A stretch of 59,368 bases of DNA, filler included. It is 6 parts of 6 records of this genome, joined end to end, with 100 filler letters (N's around TTAATTAATTAA, not from the genome) between each part and the next. Parts side by side here need not be neighbours in the genome. Positions count along the whole stretch, not along the records: positions 45,866 to 53,849 come from DRR723986_79504; positions 53,950 to 59,368 come from DRR723986_80234; 4 more parts are not named here. One strand, given 5' to 3'. The translations under genes and the position numbers were made by a program. Below, piece by piece: positions 49,783 to 59,368 of the stretch (within the stretch, counting starts at the first letter, position 1; the number at the start of each line of letters is the position of its first letter). The notes beneath the pieces were generated by a model. It ran no database searches. It saw only the letters and a program-made list of their open reading frames with translations, and had not been told where the DNA came from.

Positions 49783-51708
49783 ATGAGTGTATCTAAAAAA
49801 TACAACCATAGTTTATGCACTTACCACAGAATTGAAGCGGTAACGGTAAAAATTGGTAATGCTATAGTAGGCGGTAAACATCCCATTTTGTTACAGTCTA
49901 TGACCACTACTGACACCATGGACACCGCAGCAAGCGTTGAACAAAGCATTCGATTAATAGATGCTGGCTGTGAGCTTATCAGGTTCACGGCTCCTTCCAT
50001 TAAGGAAGCGGAAAATCTACAGAACATAAAAAACATCCTAAGCAACCTAGGATACAACACACCGCTAGTTGCAGACATTCATTTTACACCAAATGCAGCT
50101 GAAGTTGCCGCTAAATTTGTAGAAAAAGTTAGGGTCAATCCCGGTAATTACGCGGATAAAAAGAAATTTGAAGAAGTAGATTTAACTGAAGAGGCCTATC
50201 AGGAAAAGCTGCATCAAATCAAAGAAAAATTCGGACCACTAGTTGAATTGTGTAAGGTCAATAAAAGAGCTATACGAATAGGAACTAATCACGGTTCTTT
50301 ATCTGACAGAATCATGTCAAAGTATGGAGACACTCCTTTAGGCATGGTAGAATCTGCTTTGGAATTTGTGGACATTTGCGAAGAGCTCGAGTTTTACGAT
50401 ATCGTGATTTCTATGAAGTCATCCAACCCTATTGTGATGGTTCAGGCTTATCGTCTTTTAATGGCCGGAATGTTAGAACGATCAAGGATTTATCCTCTTC
50501 ATTTAGGAGTAACAGAGGCGGGTGAAGGAGAAGATGGCAGAATTAAATCTGCCATTGGTATCGGATCTTTATTAGAAGATGGTTTGGGAGATACGATTCG
50601 TGTTTCTCTTACCGAAGAGCCAGAAATGGAAATTCCAGTGGCAAAGATGCTTGCAGATCGCTATTTGAATAGAGCTATAGCCGTTCCTGATTTTGATTTT
50701 GAATTGCCTTATAACCCTTATGAATATAACAGGCGAAAAACAAGGGCTGTTCTCAATATTGGAGACCACAACGTGCCAGTTGTCGTGGCAGACTTGAGTC
50801 ATCTTCACACCATTAAGCCTTCACATCTTTATGCTTATGGCTATGTCTATCATGTAGAAGAAGATAAATGGACGATTAAAGATCAGGCGGTTGATTACAT
50901 CTATACTGGAAAAATTATTCCAGAATTTGCCTTACCCGGGACATTAAATGTTATTTGTAATGCCTCAAAATTTGAGGATCAGGCCCAAACCTATCCAGTT
51001 CATTCATCAGATCAGTATTTAAATCAGCAAAAAAAAAGCAAAACATTGAATTTTATTGAGGTTAACGCGCTGGATCTCGAGAAAATAAAAAGATTAAAAA
51101 ACGTTTTAAAAGAGGATAAAACAGCCGTATTGTTCGTTCATGCCAAGGCTAAAAACACCATTTATGGTATGCGCCGTTTTTTTATTGAGCTCATGCACGA
51201 ACAAATTGACGTACCTGTGATCATGAACTATCATTACGCGCAGATTAATCATGAGCAATTTCAGTTGTTTTCGTCCACCGACTTTGGTGCACATTTAATT
51301 GACGGCAAAGGAGACGGATTAATGATTTCTGCACACAGTATTGAATCTCCCATAAAAATTACTTCAACCGCTTTCGGAATTCTGCAGGCAACTCGTACAC
51401 GGATTTCTAAAACAGAATATATTTCTTGTCCTTCATGTGGAAGAACACAATTTGATTTACAAGAAACTACTGCTAAAATCAGGTCAAAAACCAATCATCT
51501 AAAGGGTTTAAAGATTGGTATTATGGGTTGTATTGTAAATGGGCCAGGTGAAATGGCGGATGCTGACTATGGCTATGTCGGAGTAGGTAAAGGTAAAATC
51601 AATCTTTATAAAGAAAAGGTCATTATTAAAAGAAACATTCCTGAAGAGGATGCCCTAGAAGAGTTAATTGATTTGATTCAGGAAAATGGTGATTGGGTGG
51701 ATGCTTAA
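49783..51708 (+). CDS. ispG: HMBPP synthase, long three-domain form
   Basis: QSMTTT, ADIHF, RIGTNHGSL, HLGVTEAG, SCPSCGRT and MGCIVNGPGE motifs. Confidence 0.97.
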   Translation: MSVSKKYNHSLCTYHRIEAVTVKIGNAIVGGKHPILLQSMTTTDTMDTAASVEQSIRLIDAGCELIRFTAPSIKEAENLQNIKNILSNLGYNTPLVADIHFTPNAAEVAAKFVEKVRVNPGNYADKKKFEEVDLTEEAYQEKLHQIKEKFGPLVELCKVNKRAIRIGTNHGSLSDRIMSKYGDTPLGMVESALEFVDICEELEFYDIVISMKSSNPIVMVQAYRLLMAGMLERSRIYPLHLGVTEAGEGEDGRIKSAIGIGSLLEDGLGDTIRVSLTEEPEMEIPVAKMLADRYLNRAIAVPDFDFELPYNPYEYNRRKTRAVLNIGDHNVPVVVADLSHLHTIKPSHLYAYGYVYHVEEDKWTIKDQAVDYIYTGKIIPEFALPGTLNVICNASKFEDQAQTYPVHSSDQYLNQQKKSKTLNFIEVNALDLEKIKRLKNVLKEDKTAVLFVHAKAKNTIYGMRRFFIELMHEQIDVPVIMNYHYAQINHEQFQLFSSTDFGAHLIDGKGDGLMISAHSIESPIKITSTAFGILQATRTRISKTEYISCPSCGRTQFDLQETTAKIRSKTNHLKGLKIGIMGCIVNGPGEMADADYGYVGVGKGKINLYKEKVIIKRNIPEEDALEELIDLIQENGDWVDA

Positions 51709-51720
51709 ATTGAACTTCGC

Positions 51721-52515
51721 CTAAAATCCTTTCACCATTTCAAGTTTTTGTTTTAACTCATTCACCGTCTTTTCTTGCTCAGAAATCTTAGATTTTAGTT
51801 CTGACTCCATGTTGGATTTCTCCGAGATCATTTTAGTTACTTCTGCTATTTCAGCGTCTTGCTGCTCAAGCTCCACTTTGTTCTCGTTCAAGCTCTGCTG
51901 TATGTCATCCAGCTTCTCTTGCATTTTTAACCTTTTTTTATCCAGCTTATCCCTCTTTTTTTGCTCCTTCACCTGGTCCTTATTTAAATCAATAATATCT
52001 TCTGTAACATCATTCAGCTCGTCCTGTGACTTTTCAAGAATTTTAGTAGACTGTGATAAGTCTTCTTCAATAAATGATGTGTAATACGCCTTACCAAACT
52101 CTTTCAATAAGCTTTGGCATTTAACTGATTCATCTGGATAATCCTCAGAATTCACAAAAACATCCGTTCCAAAGCTCACCCAATACCACAATACAAGCGT
52201 TGAACCTTTTTCTCTCACCTGTGCGTTCAAATTAAAGTGTTTTTCACTGAAGCTCGGAATCAATAAATTTTCAGCCGAAATTTTCTTGAAAAGAGATTTT
52301 ACATCATAAGACATGTCATCCTCTAAAAACTCTTCAAATGCTTTGATAATCTCTTTTTCGTTTCCTGCTAACTCAATTGAAAATCCATTTCTTTGAACCT
52401 TGTCCAATTCTTCTTTTCCCTCATTGATTTCAAGTTTATTAGGCACATTAATAGATTGCGCAACCGAAAAATGTCCAAGTAATGTTAGCGAGCAAATTAT
52501 AAATATCTTCTTCAT
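51721..52515 (-). CDS. Exported protein with C-terminal coiled coil
   Basis: Signal peptide and a long E/K/Q-rich heptad region. Confidence 0.75.
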   Translation of the reverse strand: MKKIFIICSLTLLGHFSVAQSINVPNKLEINEGKEELDKVQRNGFSIELAGNEKEIIKAFEEFLEDDMSYDVKSLFKKISAENLLIPSFSEKHFNLNAQVREKGSTLVLWYWVSFGTDVFVNSEDYPDESVKCQSLLKEFGKAYYTSFIEEDLSQSTKILEKSQDELNDVTEDIIDLNKDQVKEQKKRDKLDKKRLKMQEKLDDIQQSLNENKVELEQQDAEIAEVTKMISEKSNMESELKSKISEQEKTVNELKQKLEMVKGF

Positions 52516-52674
52516 AATACAAAGCTAACAAGCGAAAATGGCCTATAGTTCAATTTTCGATTAATGCATGCAAAAAAACGTTGAGTAGAAGAATTATACC
52601 ATCATGTTGCCCTTATGCTTAACAATAAGCTGTTTTCATAGGTGCCCGGGAAGAGAATGCTTTTCAATTAAAAC

Positions 52675-53849
52675 TTATTGAACTACTAATTTCTTTTTAA
52701 CGAGGTTTTCAGCACTTCTTGCTTCAACGAAGTAAAGTCCAGGAGCCCAATTTTTTACTTCAATTTTATACGTTGATTCACCAGACCCTGAAAAAACCAA
52801 TTTTCCAGCTGAATCAAATAGCTCAATATCAAATATTGTGCTTGATGTCAAGTGTACTGAGTTGTTTGCCGGGTTCGGGAAAATGTCAAACTCAAGCGGA
52901 TTCAAATTCTCCATTCCAACCGTGGACAAAACACTAAAAGTATTTGAACCGACAAGTCCAGAGCTATCTGTTACAGTAATCGTGTAATCACCAGCAGGTA
53001 ATCCGGCTATATCTTCTGTCACTTCAGCGTTGCTCCATAATATACTCTGAACAGGACCACCAAAAGTTGTAATTGTAGCATCTATAGCCCCGTTTGACGT
53101 TCCGTCATCATGGGTAATGACTGCCGTTATAATGGGAGGACTAATAGCAGTAACAATTATAGTGTCAGAACTAGGGCATCCCGTAATCGGGCTTGTGAAG
53201 CTCACGACATATTGATATGTTCCTGGACTCAAAGTAAATGGGGTGCCATCAGTGATTCCGCCTGACCAAATAATTGAAGAGCCACTTGGATTATAAGCCA
53301 TTAAACTAAAAGGCAGGTTTGCCTCAACGGTAGTATCATTTCCAGCAAATAGTATCGGCGCATCAATTATTTCTATTAATTGGCTAGAAGTGCCAGAGCA
53401 TATAGAGTTGGTCGGTTGATACTGAACAGTATATTGTCCAGGAACTGAATTAACATAATCAACATCTCCAGTTATTGAATCGATTACAATTCCTGTTGGA
53501 GATGCCGAAAAATAACCAGATGAACTCCCAGAAATTGTTGGAACCAAAGTAACCATTTCTGATGTACATATAGTGTCTGGGTCAAAACTAAAGCTAGGGT
53601 CAAATGGATTAACGGTTGCAGCAACTACCGCAACACAAGTGTCATCAATACCATTCGTATATTCAATAAAGTAATTGTGATTTGAACTTGTAAAAACCGT
53701 TGTATCTCCATCAAAAGGAGCATTATCAAGCAAATAATAGTAAGTATTTGAAGCGCATCCATTCGTTTGAAGGTTAAAATTGTCAATTCCCCAATGGTCC
53801 CATGTATTTGATGAATTCGCATCTTGACTAAAATTAAAAATTGTATTCG
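52675..53849 (-). CDS. T9SS cargo protein with SprB-like repeat (5'-truncated)
   Basis: Frame open to the contig edge (NTIFNFSQ..WDHWGIDN); SILWSN..DIAGLPAGDYTITVTD repeat; IFPNP..GLYFV..KKLVVQ C-terminal domain. Confidence 0.88.
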
Positions 53850-53949
53850 NNNNNNNNNNNNNNNNNNNNNNNNNNNNNNNNNNNNNNNNNNNNTTAATTA
53901 ATTAANNNNNNNNNNNNNNNNNNNNNNNNNNNNNNNNNNNNNNNNNNNN
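53850..53949. other. Artificial contig linker
   Basis: N-run + TTAATTAATTAA + N-run. Confidence 0.98.
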
Positions 53950-54379
53950 GACAATAGAAATCTAGCGAATAATTTGCCATCGCTTGGCCAGCGCACAAAA
54001 AAGCCTGGCTTTTAGTTATGGTTTAAAATTTCGCAAACGATAAAAATGTATTGGTCAAAAAATTTTAGACGATTCTCTCGTGGATTGCCACAAGAGCATA
54101 AAATTACACGTAACGATAATTTCTATGCACATATTATATGCAGAAATTCTAATAAACATTCTTTAAGGTCTATATCTTTTACCTTGATGCAAAAGAAACA
54201 AAAAATCAAGGCTGCATAACATTTTGGAAACAATTAACGCTTCCTTCCACAATATTTTAGGAAACATTGTAACTATTAAGATTGTGCTTAATATTATGTA
54301 AAATAGAATTGTTTAGAATGCTTTTTAGTAAACCCCTAAAATATGCTCGTTCCACTCACCTATTGTTTGAGCCAAAATT

Positions 54380-54796
54380 TTATGAGGCCGAAAAAACTTC
54401 ATTTATATCTTTAAAGCTCTTAAATTCTAACATATATCCATTCGGATCTTTCACAAAGAAAGATAGATGTTCACCAGATTTGTTCTTTAAAAATGTGGCT
54501 TGAGTTGTTAAATCTAAATTTGCACTATTCAATCTGGTATACATTTCACCCCAAGCATTTATGTCTAATATGATGCCGAAATGGAAAGAAGATAAAAGTT
54601 TGCCTTCAAAAGTATACTTAGGATTATTAAAATCAAATTTACCCACTTGTGTAAATGTGACTTGATGTCCAAAAAGGTTGATATCTACCCAATTATTCGC
54701 ATACCTTCCTAGATTAGCTCCAATAGTATCTATATAAAACTTTTTAGTTCCTACTATACTATTGCATGGAAGCGATAAGTGAAATGATGTTTCCAT
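54380..54796 (-). CDS. VOC/glyoxalase-family protein
   Basis: FHLSLP, WVDINLFGHQ, HFGI and FFVKDPNGYMLEFKSF motifs. Confidence 0.88.
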   Translation of the reverse strand: METSFHLSLPCNSIVGTKKFYIDTIGANLGRYANNWVDINLFGHQVTFTQVGKFDFNNPKYTFEGKLLSSFHFGIILDINAWGEMYTRLNSANLDLTTQATFLKNKSGEHLSFFVKDPNGYMLEFKSFKDINEVFSAS

Positions 54797-54807
54797 AGTT
54801 TAGTTCA

Positions 54808-55068
54808 TTAAATAAGTTTTAAATCAATAATTCTAAATGTTAAAAAGTCGTCGTCATCTAAATCATTAATAATTTCTTTATAGGTTACCTTGAATGCTAC
54901 ACCAATATATTCTTCACTTTTAAGGTCAAACACTTCCAAGACTGAGGTTTTTATTTCCTCAAAAACTATAATCTCGTCAAATGAAAATCGAAAAGTAAAA
55001 AATCCATCAAAGTGCTTAACAAATACACCTTCTTCAGTTCTGATTTCTTCTGTATTATAATAATTCAT
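54808..55068 (-). CDS. Small acidic hypothetical protein
   Basis: 86-aa ORF at operon-like spacing. Confidence 0.65.
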   Translation of the reverse strand: MNYYNTEEIRTEEGVFVKHFDGFFTFRFSFDEIIVFEEIKTSVLEVFDLKSEEYIGVAFKVTYKEIINDLDDDDFLTFRIIDLKLI

Positions 55069-55086
55069 AGTAGTATCGTTTTTAAA

Positions 55087-55398
55087 TTAAGCTTCCTCAA
55101 AATCATCGTTGGTTAAACTATCGAAATCAATATCTTCATTATCTTCATTATCTTCTTTATCATCATTATATGAATCTTCATTGTCTTCGAAATCTTCCAT
55201 AGCTTGTATTAAACGTTTTCCAACTTTTACAAGATATATGGTATCCTCCGTTCTAATCTCTACAGCTTCAATGTGTTCGTTCTGAGCATTCCTAAAGGCA
55301 ATGATGTCTTTATCATCATAACCCTCAGGGAATTTTTCTACTAATAGGTTTAATATTTCAGCATTAAGTTTTTGGTAGTCTACAATTTTACGTATCAT
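55087..55398 (-). CDS. Conserved Bacteroidota hypothetical protein with acidic tail
   Basis: IVDYQKL..LLVEKFPEGYD..AVEIRTEDTIYLVKV core followed by a D/E-rich tail. Confidence 0.8.
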   Translation of the reverse strand: MIRKIVDYQKLNAEILNLLVEKFPEGYDDKDIIAFRNAQNEHIEAVEIRTEDTIYLVKVGKRLIQAMEDFEDNEDSYNDDKEDNEDNEDIDFDSLTNDDFEEA

Positions 55399-55409
55399 TT
55401 TATTTGTTG

Positions 55410-56387
55410 TTACATGTCTAATAAATAGGCGAAAATTAAAGGTGCTACTATGGTAGCATCACTTTCTATTATGAACTTGGGTGTATTAATATCTAACTTT
55501 CCCCAAGTGATTTTTTCATTTGGAACAGCTCCCGAATAAGAGCCATAACTTGTTGTGGAATCACTAATCTGGCAGAAGTAACTCCAAAAAGGTGTGTCGG
55601 TACGCTCCATATCTTGATATAACATCGGTACAACACATATAGGAAAATCGCCAGCTATTCCACCGCCAATTTGAAAAAAACCAATTCCTTTTCTTGAATT
55701 ATCAGTATACCAATCAGCAAGAAAAGTCATATACTCAATGCCTGACTTTATGGTACTTGCCTTTAAGTCGCCTTTAAGCACATAACTGGCAAATATGTTT
55801 CCCATGGTACTATCCTCCCAACCTGGGCAAACGATAGGTAAATTCTTTTCAGCGGCTGCATACATCCAAGAGTCTTTTAAGTCTATCTCATAGTATTCTT
55901 CCAATACACCTGATAACAGAAGTTTATACATGCACTCATGTGGTAAATAACGTTCAGCTTTTTCATCAGCATCTTTCCAAATGGCATAAATGTGTTTTTG
56001 AAGTCTTCTAAACGCTTCTTCTTCTGGAATACAAGTATCTGTAACGCGATTTAATCCTTGTTCTAAAAGAGCCCATTCTTCTTGCGGTGTTAAATCTCTA
56101 TAATTTGGTACTCGCTTATAGTGCGAATGCGCAACTAAATTCATAATATCTTCTTCGAGGTTAGCACCAGTGCAAGAAATAATATGCACTTTGTCTTGAC
56201 GAATCATTTCTGCAAAAATTTTCCCCAATTCAGCAGTGCTCATAGCACCTGCCAAAGAGACCAACATTTTCGATCCATTATGTAATTGAAACTCATACGC
56301 TTTTGCAGCGTCTACTACAGTAGCTGCGTTAAAATGTAAGTAATACTCTTCTATAAAGTTCGAAATAGCTCCTTTAGTATTCAACAT
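55410..56387 (-). CDS. Deoxyhypusine-synthase-like protein (probable homospermidine synthase)
   Basis: AGAMST, TGANLEED, IGGGIAGD, SYSGAVPNEKITWGK (catalytic Lys) and SDATIVAPL motifs. Confidence 0.9.
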   Translation of the reverse strand: MLNTKGAISNFIEEYYLHFNAATVVDAAKAYEFQLHNGSKMLVSLAGAMSTAELGKIFAEMIRQDKVHIISCTGANLEEDIMNLVAHSHYKRVPNYRDLTPQEEWALLEQGLNRVTDTCIPEEEAFRRLQKHIYAIWKDADEKAERYLPHECMYKLLLSGVLEEYYEIDLKDSWMYAAAEKNLPIVCPGWEDSTMGNIFASYVLKGDLKASTIKSGIEYMTFLADWYTDNSRKGIGFFQIGGGIAGDFPICVVPMLYQDMERTDTPFWSYFCQISDSTTSYGSYSGAVPNEKITWGKLDINTPKFIIESDATIVAPLIFAYLLDM

Positions 56388-57315
56388 CTTCATCAAATTT
56401 TAAATAGTTTCCTAAACGGTTTGATTCTTCATAGGTATTCTCATAGTTCTCTTCTTCTTCTTCTTCATTTTGAAACTTATAGCTTAACATCTTGTAATAC
56501 AATTTAGCTGCTAAAAAGTCAGATGATTTTTCATTTTCATTAGGACATAATTCTACAATATCAAAACCAACCACGTTTTTCTCATTAAAAACTTCTTTTA
56601 AAAACTCTAAAGTTTCATACCAAAACAAACCTCCAGGTTCAGGTGTTCCTGTGCTAGGCAATATGGAAGGGTCAAAAGCATCTAAATCAAATGTGATGAA
56701 TACATTGTCTGTCATTTGGTCAATTGCCGAATCCATCCATGAATCATCTGTCCCCATTTCATGAGCAAAATAAGTCTTGTCAAAATCCATTACAGATTTT
56801 TCCTGTACATCCATAGAACGAATGCCAACTTGAATTAAGTTGGTGTTCTGACTTGCTTCATAAACCGCACAGGCATGATTACAAGTACTTCCTTCATAAG
56901 ACTTCCTTAAATCAGCATGCGCATCTATATGCAAAACAGTTAGGTTCTGAAACACCTCATTAAAAGCTCTTATAATTCCTATTGAAACTGAATGTTCCCC
57001 TCCAATAATGGTAACAAACTTATTCTTCTTTATATATTTTTTAGTTTCTTGGTGCACGGCATCTACCATAGCTTCAGGCGTGGCATTTAAGGTAACTGGT
57101 TCGGTAAGGTAAATTCCATTTTTATAGACCTCTGAATCTGTTTCTATATCATAGAGTTCCATATTTTCTGAAGCTTCCATAAAAGCTTTAGGACCTTTAT
57201 CAGCACCTTTTTGCCAAGTACTGGTACCATCATAAGGCACAGGTATTAAAACAATCTTTGATGTTTCTAATTTTGCATATTCGTCTGGTATCCCAGCATA
57301 GGTTTTAGTTTTCAT
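56374..57315 (-). CDS. speB: Agmatinase
   Basis: GGEHS, DAHAD, DLDAFDP and GTPEPGG motifs. Confidence 0.95.
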   Translation of the reverse strand: MKTKTYAGIPDEYAKLETSKIVLIPVPYDGTSTWQKGADKGPKAFMEASENMELYDIETDSEVYKNGIYLTEPVTLNATPEAMVDAVHQETKKYIKKNKFVTIIGGEHSVSIGIIRAFNEVFQNLTVLHIDAHADLRKSYEGSTCNHACAVYEASQNTNLIQVGIRSMDVQEKSVMDFDKTYFAHEMGTDDSWMDSAIDQMTDNVFITFDLDAFDPSILPSTGTPEPGGLFWYETLEFLKEVFNEKNVVGFDIVELCPNENEKSSDFLAAKLYYKMLSYKFQNEEEEEENYENTYEESNRLGNYLKFDEDVEY

Positions 57316-57316
57316 T

Positions 57317-58777
57317 TTATGAGTTAGCTAATTGCAATTCATTTTTAGAATTTGATTGCATTGTTGTTTTTATTTTTGAGTTTTTACCATAACCTAGTAT
57401 CTGCATTAGGTCTTCACTTTTTTGTTGTTCTCTGAATAGTTCTGTTGTTGTATTTCCTTTACTATCTTTATTAATTAAGATATGTTTTGGTGCTGGAATC
57501 AAACAATGTTGTAAACCTCCATAACCTCCAATGGTCTCTTGGTATGCACCAGTATTAAAAAAACCTATATATAGTGGTTTATCTTTATGGTATTTTGGTA
57601 AATAAATGGCATTGATGTGCTGTTCACTATTATAATAATCGTCACTATCACAAGTTAAGCCGCCTAATAGCACTCGCTCGTAGCTATCATTCCATCTATT
57701 GATGGGAAGCATCACAAACCGTTTATTAATTGCCCAAGTATCAGGAAGTGTTGTAATAAAAGATGAGTTTATCATATTCCATTTCTCTCTGTCATTTTGT
57801 TGTTTTTGATAGAGCACTTCATAAATTGCACCACCACTTTCTCCAACTGTAAAGCTTCCAAATTCCGTGAAGATATTTGGTACGGCTACAGCTTCTTCTT
57901 CACATGCGAGTTTAATTTGATTTACGATTTCATCAATTATGTACTGATAATCAAAATCAAAAGCCAATGAATTTTTTATAGGAAAACCACCACCAATATT
58001 CAAACTATTTAATGAAGGGCAAATCTTTTTTAAGCCTGTATATACTTTTAAACATTTTAGCAATTCGTTCCAATAATAAGCATTATCTCTAATCCCAGTA
58101 TTGATGAAAAAATGCAACATTTTAAGTTCAACTTTAGGATTATCTTTAATCTGTTTATTGTAAAAAGGAACTATGTTTTTGTAGCCGATACCTAATCTTG
58201 ACGTATAAAATTCAAACTTTGGTTCTTCTTCTGAGGCAATGCGAATACCAATATTAAATTTCCTTTCTATTTCGCTGGATAGTAAATCTATTTCCTCATA
58301 ATTGTCAATTATAGGAATGCAATTTCTGTGACCATTATTAATAAGTCTTGCAATGTTAGAAATGTATTGTTCTCTTTTAAAGCCATTACATATAATGAAT
58401 GTGTCATGGTTTATTTTGCCTTCTATCTTAAGGTCTTCTACAATATCAATATCGAAAGCCGATGATGTTTCAATATGAATATCATTTTTTAAAGCTTCAT
58501 CCAAAACATGTTTGAAATGCGAACTTTTAGTACAATAGCAGTATTTATAAGCACCACTGTATTTGTGATTCTTAATAGCATTGTTGAACCATTCTTTTGC
58601 TCTAATAATATTATTAGAAATCTGCGGTAAATAGGTAAATTTTAATGGTGTTCTATAGGTTTCTACTAATTCGTTTAAGTCTAAACCATGAAACAAGAGT
58701 TTGTCTTCCTCTAAATCAAATTCAGATTGAGGAAAATCGAATGTTTGATTGATTAAATCAACATACTTAGTGTTCAT
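57317..58777 (-). CDS. speA: Arginine decarboxylase (alanine-racemase fold)
   Basis: YCTKSSH PLP lysine, NIGGG, TEFG, LPDTW, TCDSD and GAYQ motifs. Confidence 0.92.
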   Translation of the reverse strand: MNTKYVDLINQTFDFPQSEFDLEEDKLLFHGLDLNELVETYRTPLKFTYLPQISNNIIRAKEWFNNAIKNHKYSGAYKYCYCTKSSHFKHVLDEALKNDIHIETSSAFDIDIVEDLKIEGKINHDTFIICNGFKREQYISNIARLINNGHRNCIPIIDNYEEIDLLSSEIERKFNIGIRIASEEEPKFEFYTSRLGIGYKNIVPFYNKQIKDNPKVELKMLHFFINTGIRDNAYYWNELLKCLKVYTGLKKICPSLNSLNIGGGFPIKNSLAFDFDYQYIIDEIVNQIKLACEEEAVAVPNIFTEFGSFTVGESGGAIYEVLYQKQQNDREKWNMINSSFITTLPDTWAINKRFVMLPINRWNDSYERVLLGGLTCDSDDYYNSEQHINAIYLPKYHKDKPLYIGFFNTGAYQETIGGYGGLQHCLIPAPKHILINKDSKGNTTTELFREQQKSEDLMQILGYGKNSKIKTTMQSNSKNELQLANS

Positions 58778-58778
58778 C

Positions 58779-59307
58779 TTATGATTTTTAAAAGTTGTTA
58801 AATAGAAGGCATAGCAAAGCTACCTTCACTAAAAGGCATTAATAACTTTTATCAAATCATAATCTGATATTGCGTTTTGGGGACAAAACACAATCTTTTG
58901 TATTGCGTAGTAAATATTTTAACTCCGGAAGTTAGCTCTAAATTTCGGGTACTTACACCATAAGCTGCTTTTGAATTTGACTTCCTAATTTTCAAAAGCC
59001 CGAACGTAAAAACCGTTTTCACTTTGTTCAGCTAAAAGCTCCTATGATAAAAGCTTTAGAAAACGAAGTTAACTCAAAATTTTAATATTTCAATTTTTTT
59101 TCATTCCACACACATTTTCTGCCACTTCTCTACCCTTACAGAAAAAGAGTGTTCCATTAACATCGCAGAATGAACTTTAGGAATAAAATTTTTTGAAGAA
59201 ACTGAAGTTATAACTTTCGCTTTTATCCAAAGCTCAAGTTACATAACGCAAGTATATTATAGGACAATTGCTGTTATTTGGTTTTCGATGTGAGTGTACC
59301 AATTGTC
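58779..59307 (-). ncRNA. Candidate large structured cis-regulatory leader of speA
   Basis: About ten nested inverted repeats, minus-strand G-U pairs, a tandem GA loop, a GNRA loop and no ORF; see findings. Confidence 0.6.
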
Positions 59308-59368
59308 AGCTATAATGTTATTATGTAAAATATCCCAGAATAATCCGTTTCCATAAGATTGTTCAGTA

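Noticed and set aside
49783-51708. Unusually long IspG
   Set aside because: The three-domain form is already known from Bacteroidota, Chlamydiae and plants.
53625-53822. Apparent frameshift in the T9SS cargo gene
   Set aside because: The main frame is open to the contig edge, so the gene is simply truncated.

Overview
The window is not one locus. It is six unrelated contigs joined by artificial 100-nt linkers (N-run + TTAATTAATTAA + N-run), so gene context cannot be read across the linkers. (1) 1-7040 is a GC-rich alphaproteobacterium (Hyphomicrobiales-like): tRNA-Glu fragment, gloA, sirtuin, tandem cold-shock protein and DUF192. A ~4.2 kb decayed prophage-like islet follows (spanin/holin remnants, LexA boxes, TPR gene with an early nonsense codon) and ends at the 5' side of tRNA-Pro(TGG). 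(2) 7141-18378 is a Bacteroidota (Cytophagales-like) rpoB-rpoC, DUF3467, rpsL-rpsG-fusA-rpsJ, rplC-D-W-B region. (3) 18479-34991 is Flavobacteriaceae: asparaginase, TatD, aspartyl protease, a NarL-type regulator followed by two tandem palindrome-driven candidate sRNAs, sucA/sucB, a polyprenyl synthase and TetR-TolC-MFP-RND efflux. (4) 35092-45765 is a Flavobacteriaceae EPS locus (UXS, wcaF, GT2, WecA-like, wza, wzc), flanked by a nucleotidyltransferase, an unannotated 57-aa Tat-like peptide and T9SS cargo genes. (5) 45866-53849 is Flavobacteriales: metG, FkbM methyltransferase, hydrolase, long ispG and T9SS cargo. (6) 53950-59368 is a Flavobacteriaceae polyamine operon (speA-speB-DHS-like) preceded by a ~530-nt densely structured non-coding leader whose last stem sequesters the speA initiation region. 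The best novelty candidates are the speA leader RNA, the regulator plus tandem sRNA module, and the peptide plus nucleotidyltransferase module beside the EPS locus. Taxonomic and family calls come from sequence recognition only; no searches were run.
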